A stretch of 64,000 bases of DNA, taken from Bugula neritina (lineage: Eukaryota; Animalia; Bryozoa). The translations under genes and the position numbers were made by a program. Below the pieces are notes generated by a model. That model searched no databases, was not told the origin of the DNA, and saw only the letters and a program-made list of their open reading frames with translations. The DNA lies in the NCBI GenBank assembly GCA_964035545.1, contig OZ037766.1:12266722-12330721 (forward strand). Reading direction: 5' to 3'. Of the stretch, positions 11,276-22,118 are shown piece by piece; positions within the stretch are counted from its first letter, which is position 1, and each line of letters starts with the position of its first letter.

Positions 11276-13668
11276 ATGAACTCCTCAGACAAACAGACAT
11301 TCGAAGACGTTAAAGCAAGCTTTATTTTTATAATTAAATAATCATCAAATAAAATTTTCATTTAATTACTACCAATTATTTTTAATTACTAATTCAAACA
11401 AAGAAATAATTTTTAGCAAAGCTTTTTTAAGCTAAATTATTCAGGCTAAACTTTTAAATTGCAGTTTACAAAATGTGGCAACTTTTGATTAGGTTGAATT
11501 AAAACTTCCCTCAATTTTGTGTTCACAGATGATTGACAAAAGTGACAAGTCAAAGCTGCTGGGAGTCTCTTTACTGGTTATCTCCATTCTGTTGGTTGTT
11601 TCTGTGTCAGCCGTTATCTACATGGGCCTGAATAAAACTCATGCAGTTTGCCAGCAGAAAGAGCCTGAGAAGATGACCAGAGTGAGCGCGGATGTCCAAG
11701 CAACTGTTAACATTAATACGCCTGACAACCAACATGTGAGTAAAGAGTTTAAAATATATAAACTCTTGTGCATTTGTTATCTAAGAATTTTAAGACATCT
11801 TGATATATCGAAAATGCTATATAAATATTGTTTGCAGCACATTATTTTTCAACTTGAAATTTTTATTTGAATTATTTCAACTAATGTCAGTACATCCACA
11901 TGCAGCTGTAAGTAAAACATGTATATATCATATCCATTTGCTACCTAAAATATTTTGGCAAGTTAAAAGCACCAAAAAATCGTTCAGCTTAAATTATTCC
12001 ACAACTTGAAGTCCAATTTTGTTATACAATATAGCTGAACTAAGAGTATTTCAACTCATGCTAGTATAACTATTTTTCATGATTAAGTTATTTGTTTTGT
12101 AATATGAAACCACACACATGTTTTAAGATATTACACTTTTTTTAACTTTTGAAATGATATTGCAGTGTTTTATATTTGTTTTCTCGCATAAAGATTTGAG
12201 TGATTTGCTGTAAATATTTAGCAAAAATTTTGTAAATATAAGTTGCGAGTATGACTGTTGGTACACATACTATACGATTGATGTTACAGGCTTTGAGTAT
12301 AAAATTAGTAGCCATCATTTGAATTAATATTGCCAAAAGAAAACAGTTAGTAAATATTTAGTTAAAAATTGAAGTTCTACAATCCATGAAATCAGGTATA
12401 ATAATGGTACTGAAATGTAAAAATTTTGGTTTTTGATTTTAATTATACATGTATTATGCGGGAGGTTGCTACTAAAATTTTCATATATAATAAAAATATT
12501 AGAAATGAGACTAATGGTTTAAAAAACTTTGTGTATAATATAGGTGAAGGATCAAGTTATGCTGAACAAAGATGAACACGTGGCATACTACCACCGAGCT
12601 GATGGTACTTTTCATGCTGAATTGTTTCAAAAGGTAAATGGCAGTTGATACAGCTCATACATAATATGGTGTGGTGATTATAGTATGCAATATCTTGCCT
12701 GTTATGTATACAAGTGTAAGTAGATATGTGTCTGGTGCAGCTTGTATATCTTGTACGAACATTTCTGAGTGAAAGTAGCTATAGTGCTATTCTCTAAATA
12801 AAATAAAAGCTTGCATCATACATAAATTTGTACACATATATAAATTCTATATATAATAGGCTATATGTGCTTATGTTTGCTTAGATTATGTCAATGCATA
12901 GTTTTTTGTTTTAAAATCTTTTTGAGCATATGTATGCAAGTCGGATTGGAATTGTGGTATAATATAACCATGCAAAGTATTGTAGTTTCCCTATATGTTA
13001 TATATATTTATATGGTCGGCTATGTATGCATGGTTCTGTGAAATTTATGCATACAACCTGTTTAGGGTCTCCGTGTAATCAGAGCTGATAAAGGCATCTG
13101 CTATATTAGTCCTGTTGCTTTTAATGAAACCAACAATGAAGATGTGGTGTCGGAGTTCCTGGACAACTTCGATGACCAGGAACTGGATGAGGAAGACGCA
13201 GAAGTAGATGTTAAAGTACTCGATGAGTTTGTGCAGGATGTCAGTTTTCTTCCTAAACGTGTGCAGAATGAGTGCACCAATGGGTATAAATGGATGATTG
13301 TGATGCCAACAGGAGATTCTGGTAACTATCTTGTTTAGTTACACTTTCTGTTACAGCTCACCAAAAGTCAAGCATATATTTTGCAGCGAGGTTGAAAGTT
13401 TTAGTCCCTTTTGACTCTTTAGTATAATAACTTGTATTTTTCCACACACAAGTTAAATAATCTATATTTACTTTTTATTTTAATTACTGCTAAATGTAGA
13501 AAAAAAATTTTTTTAATAAGATTGCTTTTTGTTCCAGATGCAGCTGTTACTTCAGCTACCCATGGAAGAGTTAAACGCCGAGTCAGTTGCTACAATCGCT
13601 ACTACTGCTACATCATTTTCAGGAGAGCTTATTGTTATGTACGCCGTATATGTACTATTAGAGGATAA
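11276..13668 (+). CDS. BRICHOS-domain precursor of a cationic beta-hairpin antimicrobial-type peptide, paralog B (intact, ~240 aa)
   Basis: Exons 11276-11314 (MNSSDKQTFEDVK, GC donor; in-frame upstream ATG at 11264), 11529-11735 (hydrophobic LLGVSLLVISILLVVSVSAVIYMGL), 12544-12633 (VKDQVMLNKDEHVAYYHRADGTFHAELFQK), 13066-13321 (GLRVIRADKGICYISP...FLPKRVQNECTNGYKWM), 13538-13668 (DAAVTSATHG-RVKR-RVSCYNRYYCYIIFRRAYCYVRRICTIRG*). Phases 0,0,0,1 join without stops; introns 2-4 are GT-AG. CYI and C-x5-W motifs match the BRICHOS cysteine pair (pattern recognition, no HMM run). Confidence 0.85.
13579..13665 (+). other. Predicted mature peptide B, 29 aa, C-x5-C-x8-C-x5-C, 7 Arg, C-terminal Gly
   Basis: Follows the RVKR furin consensus and ends at the stop; no acidic residues; symmetric Cys spacing fits a two-disulfide beta-hairpin. 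Confidence 0.75.
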
Positions 13669-15048
13669 GCCAAAAGTCTTTTAATATTGCTTAAGATTGC
13701 TGTGAGTTCATATGAAATTATGATTTGTGTTTAAAAGTATGGCAAGCTACAAAATTATGATTAGAACTTTCTCTATTTTGAACTTCAGCTTTGTTATAGT
13801 GTGCTTTATCTATTGCAAAAAAAGCATTATGATATTTTCCTGTTTTGCTTATTGGTGAAAATTTAGCCTTATGTTGACTGTACCATTTTTATGCATTTTA
13901 TTTAATAATAAAGTTTTCAAAAAATAACCATAAATAATGGCATCTTTGATATGATTCATTAAAGTAGTCGAAAAAGAATATTTCTCTTACAACATTTTGA
14001 ATTTTCTTTTTAAAAGTTTCTAATAAAATTACTTTTTTCTATCCTGATGGCCTTTATGAATTCATAAATATACTGCATTAGCTATAAAATAGCATTTGGG
14101 ATTTTGAACCTGAGTTCCCAAGTATAAACTTATAATTAATAAACTGGTTTACACATCACCCCCAACAACATTCACCTGCATACTTTAACTGTCACATTTA
14201 CTCATAGAATATCCCTATTTATGATGAAGTGGAATTGTTAGATTATAAGTTGTGGCTGTTTTGATTTATGTACATTGTGTTTACATTGGGTATGTGGCTA
14301 TCTGAATATAAATGACGTGGTGTCATTCCTACCCAACCTCTACTATTTTTCTACTCTAGGGCTATGTAGTGAATGGCTTAAAGCACTATAATAGTAATTT
14401 GAACAACATTTTAGAGTATTTATCTATTTTGCCTAACACAGTCATGCAAAGGATTGAAATTGTCACACTTTGTTACTACATAACTTAGCTGGCCACATCG
14501 AATGTTCCCACTGAACAATAACTCCTTTGATACCAGTTCTTAATTAATTATATTTTGGAAAAATGTAACAGCAATAACTAATAAGTAACTACTTCAGATT
14601 AACTAAACAAGTTCAACTAACGGAGAACACATTACTACTTGTACAAAATTATTATATAACTATGAAATAACTAGCAAAACAATATAAAATGAAAATTGGT
14701 TATAAAAAACTAGATAACTAGAAAGCAACACAAATTAACTGACTCTGTTACTTTTTTGCTAACATATTTTTTGTGCCTGTAAATGTGATAAATGTTATTA
14801 TGTTATTAAGTTATTATGCAGTTTATAGTAATATATTAAACTTTTCACCAGTTTTACTATAATCTTTCGAGTTACACATACACAAATTATTAACTCAATT
14901 ACGATTATTACTTAATTGCATTATTGTTGTTATTTTGTTATTACAGTCTACTATAAATAATATTATGCTATGTCTCTACGCAGCATAAATTATACTCTGC
15001 AAAAAATCTTAAGCTGGCTTAGAGAAGGTCAACTCTACACCCAATTTT

Positions 15049-15360
15049 AGGTATAAATGTCACAGGTAAACATGGCACAGGTAAACATGGCACAAGTAAA
15101 CATTGCACAGGTAAACATGGCACAGGTAAAAATGGCACAGTGAAAATGGCACAGGTAATAATGGCACAGGTGACAATGGCGCAAATTGAAAAGTAGGTAA
15201 ATATGGCATGCTAATGTTAAATTTTTCAACTCCTCAAACTCCAAACCTAAACCCTTCACCCTAAATCCCCAAGCCCCCACCTCAAACCCCAATATTGAAG
15301 ATGGGCCACTTTTACCCACCTTTCCGTTTGTACCATTGTTACCTGTGCCATTTGGACACT
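15049..15360. repeat. 15-bp tandem repeat (CACAGGTAAACATGG) with inverted copies; probable non-autonomous DNA element
   Basis: About 9 units at 15050-15210, a C-rich CCTAAACCC tract, then inverted units GTACCATTGTTACCTGTGCCAT at 15330-15351. Confidence 0.7.
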
Positions 15361-15699
15361 CTGCACCAAGTTCTACTTCGCAAATGTTTGCTTACAATTT
15401 GAGCCTAAAAGACACACGAAACAGCTATAGTGCATGATCAGTATGCTTTATTTGGACGTTATTAACTGAATGTGCTTTGGAGTTTCCCTTAGCTCACCTC
15501 AGCTTTAACAGCCTGCATGAACACCTTGACCTTAGAAATTACCAGGAGTTGCTGTATAACAGAATAATTAGATCACTATACTAGTGGAACAGAACAATAA
15601 CACCAACTAATCTCCCAAATTTAATCGCAGCACTTCAAAAGCATAGTTTTCAAATACAATTAGACATATGTAAATTTTTTAAACACTGTTGAACATGTG

Positions 15700-16800
15700 G
15701 GTCATACCATTAACAATTAGGAATAGGAAATGCCCAACAAATTCTTTTCTGGCGGCTCTCTTTAAACTACCCAGAATCCTAGACTTCCATTGTTGCAATG
15801 GTTGTTTCATTACCAATGTTGTGTGTCTGCTATGATCCCATCATCTCCAATATGTTGGTGTGTCGTCTCCAATTCCGAAGATAAAACTGCTCTGCTGTAT
15901 AATTTCCTCACCAGTGATATTTTGTTTACAAAGTCAGAAAAATTTGAACAAACCTTTACCTAGCTATATAGAACAGCATCACCAAGCCACTAGCCTAGCA
16001 CACTATACCCAAACACAATAATTCATCTTATGGAGTAGGAGTTGTGCTGTCATAAGTGATTGATCAAGAAGAACTCCCATATTGAGTTGGCCAGAAAATC
16101 TTATAAAGTGTGCACCCAATTTCTTGTTGTACTATTAGCTTATTAACTTAACAGGTCCAGACTAGAATTCTACACTTAGAAGCAGTAGTGGAGAAATTGA
16201 GACAGCCTAAGCTATTTAATTCTATTATTAATTTTTGATTTGGAGCTCGAGTTAAAATTTTTGCAAAAATCTAACTTCTTTTGCTAAATTTTTAATCTAG
16301 AACACAGGCTTTTTTCAATTTCTCTATTGATGCAATCAGCTCGAATTTTAAGTCCCCAGCTGTTCACCTGTACATTCATTTGACAGCTACTCCCAAGCAT
16401 TTCATCTGTACCGAAAGCCGTATGTCATAACTATATCGCATCAGATCCATAATCCTACAATTGAAACTCACACATGTAGATTTTCTTTGACTCTTCAGTA
16501 GTAAGGTGTAGCTTTTCTGTACTGATTGTTCAAATTTCTCATGATTTACAGGATAGGCAAATAATTAATAGCAAACAATGCAAGTATTGAAGGGCATCTG
16601 TACTATTGAGGCTGTATGTGCAACTTTTCTTACAGGTCATTACCCACATTTTTCAGTCAGGAATTTGCTAGTTTATGCAATACTTTCTACTTGAAATGTG
16701 TTGCTTCAACCTCCTAGTGACTTTTTTATAACTTTCAAAAGCTCTGTAAACAAGAATTGTGAAAGATGAGCACTTTTAGACAATAGTATTATATCGTCAT
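15700..16800 (-). mobile_element. Possible heavily decayed hAT (BED-finger) transposase remnant in the inverted-repeat spacer
   Basis: Broken minus-strand fragments such as VMTCKKSCTYSLNSTDALQYLH (BED-like), KSTCVSFNCRIM and IIADTQHW; many stops, weak resemblance only. Confidence 0.3.
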
Positions 16801-17936
16801 CAGCATATTACCTAACCATTCCACATCTATTTTTGCAGTGGAAAATACCTGCAGAGGTCTTGGATGGCAACTGATTGTGAAGATATAACTCTCCAGTTTA
16901 CAAACAAACTGCCAAAGAAGACAAGCTATAAACAGGTTATTGACCCATTAGTGTATGCTGCAACTATAGTTCTGGTTCAATATAGATTCCAGCAAATTTT
17001 TATCCAAACAAGAAAATATGATGTTACATTTTTCCAAAATATATTTAATTAAGAACTGGTATCAAAGGGGTTATTGTTCAGTGGGAACATTCGATGTGGC
17101 CAGATAAGTTATGTAGTAACAAAGTGTGACAATTTCAATCCTTTGCATGGCTGTGTTAGGCAAAATAGATAAATACTCTAAAATGTTGTTCAAATTACTA
17201 TTATAGTGCTTTAAGCCATTCACTGCATAGCCCTAGAGTAGAAAAATAGTAGAGGTAAGGTAGGAATGGCACCACCTCATTTATATTCAGATAGCCACAT
17301 ACCCAATGTAAACACAAGGTGTATAAATCACAGCAGCCACAACTTATAAGTTAACAATTCTACTTCAACATAAATAGGAATATTCTATGTGTAAATGTAA
17401 GAGTGAAAGTATACAACAGAACAAATAGGGGATCAAGTGTAAACTCTTTTGTAAATTATAAGTCTATACTTGGGATCTCATGTTAAAAAACCAAAGTGCT
17501 ACTATGGCTAATGCGCAGTACAATTATAAATTCATTTAAAGACAATGAGTTATAATAAATTTATTTTATTATAAACTTTTAAAAGGAAAACTCAATATAA
17601 AGAATTTCATAAAAGAAAAGGTATTTTTCAATCAGTTTAATTTATTATACTACAGATGCCATTATTTATGGTTATATTTTTGACAATTTTATGATTAAAT
17701 AAAATTTGTAAATATTATATAATTAAATTAGGCTAAGTTTTTACCAAAAACAAAAACAGCAAAATATAATGTTTAATAACTCACAAACTTCTTTCAATAG
17801 ATTATATTAAGCAGATTATAACAAAGGTGAAGCTCAAAACAAAGCAATTTGTAATTATAATTATGGTTTGTCATATTTTTCAACGCAAATTTTAATTTTA
17901 TGAAAGCAATGTTTGCATGTAACTTACTGAAAGACA

Positions 17937-20900
17937 TTACACACAAATGCGATATATATAACAATAAATTTCTTCGTCAAAAGGATAGCATCGATAGTAA
18001 TAGTAATAGGAACAAATAACTTGGCGTTTGGCTCTTCCATGTGAAGCTAAAGTGACATCTGCATCTGAAATAAAAACAACTATAGTAACAAATTTTCTTT
18101 TAGATTTAGCTGTGTAATTAAAAAAACCTAATAAATTATATATATCATTTTTGTTTGTTTTTGTGCTTTGCTAATCAGAAAAATCCATCATTAGAAGAGT
18201 GTCAAAAGTATGAAACCAATTTTCATTGTAAGTATGTTTAACTTTTGTGAACTGTAACAGAAAGCTCTAGCTAAGCAAGATAGTTACCAGAATCTCCTGT
18301 TGACATCACAATCATCCATTTATAGCCATTGGTGCACTCATTCTGCACACGTTTAGGAAGGAAACTGACATCCTGCACAAACTCATCGAGTACTTTAACA
18401 TCTACTTCTGCGTCTTCCTCCTCTATTTCCTGGTCACCAAAGTTGTCCAGAAACTCCGACACCACATCTTCGTTGTTGGTTTCATTGAAAGCAACAGGAC
18501 TAATATAGCAGATGCCTTTATCAGCTCTGATTACACGGAGACCCTAAATAATTTGTATATGCATAAATTTCACAGAACCATGCATATACAGCCGACCATA
18601 TAAATATATATAACATATAGTGAAACTACAATACTTTGCATGGTCGTATTATGCCACAATTCTAATCCGACTTGCATACATATGCTCAAAAAGATTTTAA
18701 AGCAAAAAACTATGCATTGACATAATCTAAGCAAACATAAGCACATATACTATATTATGGTAAATTTATATATGTTTACAAATTTATGTATGATGCAAGC
18801 TTTTATTTTATTTATAGAATAGCACTAGCTACTTTCACTCAGAAATATTCGTACATGATACACAAGCTGTAACAGACACATATCTACTTACACTTGTATA
18901 CATAACAGGCAAGATGTTGCATACTATTCACCACACCATATTATATATGAGCTGTATCAACTGCCATTTACCTTTTGAAACAATTCAGCATGAAAAGTAC
19001 CATCAGCTCGGTGGTAGTATGCCACGTGTTCATCTTTGTTCAGCATAACCTGATCCTTCACCTATATTATACACAAAGTCTTGTTAACCATTAGCCCCAT
19101 TTCTAATATTTTTATTATACATAAACTTTTAAAAATAACATTGCTATAAATTCATATGATATGATATGAAAATGTTAAAAACAATATACCTATACATTTC
19201 TAATATTTTTAATATATTATATGAAAATTTTAGTAGCAACCTCCCACATAATACATGTATAATTAAAATAAAACACCTTAAAATTTTTACATTTCCGTAC
19301 CAATATTATACCTGATTTCATAGATTGTAGAATCTCAACTTTCAACTAAATATTTACTAACTTTTTCTTTTGGCAACATTACTTCAAATAATGGCTACTA
19401 ATTTTATACTCAAAGCCTGTAACATCAATCTATTAGTATGTTTACCAACAGTCATACTGGCAACTTATATATAGATATACAGAATTTTTGCTAAATATTT
19501 ACAGCAAATCACTCAAATCTTTATGCAAGAAATCGAATATAAAACACTGCAATATCATTTCAAAAGTTAAAAAAGTGTAATATCTTAAAACATGTGTGTG
19601 GTTTTATATTACAAAACAAATAACTTAATCATAAAAAATAGTTATACTGGCATGAGTTGAAATACTCTTAATTCAGCTATATTGTATAATGAAATTAGAT
19701 TTCAAGTTGTGGAATAATTTAAGCTGAACGATTTTTTGGTGCTTTTAACTTGCTAAAACATTTTAGGTAGCAAATGGACATGATCATATACATGTTTTAC
19801 TTACAGCTGCATGTGGATGTACTGGCATTAGTTAAAATAAGTCAAATAAAAATTTCAGGTTGAAAAATAATGTGCTGCAAACAATGTTTATATACATGTA
19901 GCATTTTCGATTTATCAAAATATCTTTAAATTCTTAGATAACAAATGCACAAGAGTTTATATATTTTAAACTCTTTACTCACATGTTGGTTGTCAGGAGT
20001 TCTAATGTTAACAGTTGCTTGGATATCTGCACTCACTCTGGTCGTCTTCTCAGGTTCTTTGTGCTGGCAAACTGCATGAGTTTTAGTCAGGCCCATGTAG
20101 ATAACAGCTGACACAGAAACAACCAACAGAATGGAGATAACCAGCAAGGAGACTCCTAGCAGCTTTGACTTGTCGCTTTTCTCAACCATCTGTGTAAAGT
20201 CATCACATATGACATAGCATAATTATTTCAAGTTGTAAAAGCAGCATAACGTAATGAATGTACTACAGTTTATATACCAGGTTGTCAGCATTTTAAACTG
20301 TTGAGAACCTGGTTGTGGTGTGAAGATACCATTATTACTGCAGTCTATATGCAGTACAGAGTGTAATCTATTTATGGTACAACCAACTTCCACAATTATT
20401 TCATAGCATACCTTTCCACTCAAATAGGCTATCCGCATCGCTTGATTCCTGCCTACAGCCTACGCAACGACTGCTAGTTGTCAATTCATTAATTAGATAA
20501 CAGCACGCCCTCGCCCATTGGCTGTGGCTTTACGCTTTGGCAGCCCGGATGTTCAGTGCAGACGTTGAACCTACAGCTAGTAGAATAGTAGGCGCTAGCA
20601 ATGCAAGTTCCATCGCATCAATAACAATCAATTTTAATGATATAATTAACAAAATATAATTGAATTTGAATTTGAATTAACTTAAAGAGGCTCAGGTTAG
20701 TTTTGTTTTTCAGTATTTGTAATAGTTTGAAGCTTTCCTTAAGTATTTTTTGATCTATTTCAACTTAATAATAAATATTTGGTTTATTTAACATGTTTAG
20801 AAGTTTAACAAGTTTGGAATGCCAGTGTGGTCAGTGCATGATAGAATTCATGGCTATGTGTTTACTCTATAGTAATATATTTCTCATAAAATTACAAATT

Positions 20901-21677
20901 CTTAAGGCAGGTTTTCCAGTTATTGATCAGTTTGTCACAGGATAGTACCCTAATTTGTAGGTAGCTTAAAGTTTTACTTTTACTCATAACAGTATTTTAC
21001 TGCAACTACTAATTCAAGTCAACTTTGAATACAAGTTTAATCTTTGTTTATGTGATTTATGCACTATTATAACTTGTCTTAACCAATATAATTACTTAAC
21101 TTTGTCTATGGCAATTATCATTTAATGTCATTTTATTATAAACTTTAATATTTTTAGTAAACCTACAATGTCATTTCCTAGAGTCAAACTCACCCTAGCT
21201 AGCCACTAAAAGAAGGCAAGAGGTGACTAATCCAAAATATGTATATATGTTTGAATACTTTACAACGACATAAATAATATTTTGTTGGTTTTATTTTAAA
21301 AACCTATTGTAATTGCATATATCAACCTACTTTTACAGTTTCTTACGGCAGTTGGAATAAGTAAAAATAAAGTTACTAACACCAACACCAGTACAACTCA
21401 TCTAAAGTTAGTGGCAACGCTACAATCTGCGAACACAAAATTGAATGAATTTCTAATGTACATGATAATTCAACCTAATCAAAAGTTGCCACGTTTTGTA
21501 AACTGCAATTTCAAAGTTTGGCCTAAATAATTTAGCTTAAAAAACTTTGCTAAAAATTATTACTTTGTTTGAATCGGTAGTACCATAATTAAATTAAAAC
21601 TTTATTTGATGATTTTCAATTATAAAGAAGAAGCTTGCCTTAACGTCTTCGAATGTGTGTTTGTCTGAAGAGCTCAT
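17937..21677 (-). CDS. BRICHOS-domain peptide precursor, paralog C (coding exons intact, ~239 aa; solo LTR at the exon-2 acceptor)
   Basis: Exons 21677-21639 (MSSSDKHTFEDVK, AAG|gcaagc), 20189-19983, 19061-18972, 18543-18288, 18064-17937 (DADVTLASHG-RAKR-QVICSYYYYYRCYPFDEEIYCYIYRICV*). Exons 1-4 have the same lengths as in B (39, 207, 90, 256 nt) and the same phases. Confidence 0.8.
17940..18023 (-). other. Predicted mature peptide C, 28 aa, C-x7-C-x8-C-x5-C, Tyr-rich, net -1
   Basis: Follows RAKR; QVICSYYYYYRCYPFDEEIYCYIYRICV then TAA at 17939-17937. Confidence 0.7.
20193..21424. mobile_element. Solo LTR (1232 bp, 5-bp TSD, BEL/Pao- or Copia-like)
   Basis: Ends TGTA...TACA, flanked by ATCTG (20188-20192 and 21425-21429); absent from paralogs A and B. 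Confidence 0.8.
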
Positions 21678-21705
21678 ACTAATCTTCATTCTATGAGTTG
21701 AGATT

Positions 21706-21741
21706 GAATGATTTCAACGGAAATAACTGCAGCCTTTTATA
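21706..21741 (-). promoter_or_regulatory. TATA box + initiator, paralog C
   Basis: TATAAAA (plus strand ttttata 21735-21741) and TCATTC (gaatga 21706-21711) upstream of exon 1. Confidence 0.6.
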
Positions 21742-21780
21742 CCAGCCTGTCTCACTTGGGGGTACACAGTTAGTTTAAGG

Positions 21781-22118
21781 CAGGGGTGTCCAACCTTTTT
21801 AGACCAAGGGCCACTGAAAGGGGAATTTTGTGGCGAGGGCCACATTGTAAACTTTAGCTTGTGCTGGGGGCCACAGTCAGTATTTTTTAAATTATTTTAT
21901 TTAAAATTCTTATGAATCATTACACAATAAAGTCCTAATAGTTAATACAGGCTGCATATTTTGTAGCATGTGTATAAATAAGGCATATGAAAGGTGGTTT
22001 TTAACTTTAATTCATGTATATATGTGAAAAATAATTTTAGGTTCAAGTCTTTGAGGGCCACATGAATGTAGGCTGGGGGACCACATCCGGCCCTGGGGCC
22101 GCCTGTTGGACAGCCCTG
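21781..22118. mobile_element. hAT-family MITE (338 bp)
   Basis: TIRs CAGGGGTGTCCAAC / GTTGGACAGCCCTG (1 mismatch) and a perfect 8-bp TSD GTTTAAGG (21773-21780, 22119-22126). Confidence 0.9.

Larger units (their letters stand above)
9123..14548. repeat. Left arm of a large inverted duplication (contains paralog B)
   Basis: Reverse complement of 17046-25095, e.g. 14489-14548 vs 17046-17103, and ORF-track peptides 9265..9471(-) vs 24752..24940(+). Confidence 0.9.

Noticed and set aside
11736-11870. ORF-track extension VSKEFKIYKLLCICYLR shared by all three paralogs
   Set aside because: Begins at a consensus donor CAT|gtgagt and the stop positions differ between copies; it is homogenised intron sequence.
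15047-15319. Cys-rich ORF with CAMFT repeats, as a metallothionein-like peptide
   Set aside because: Translation of the 15-bp tandem repeat.
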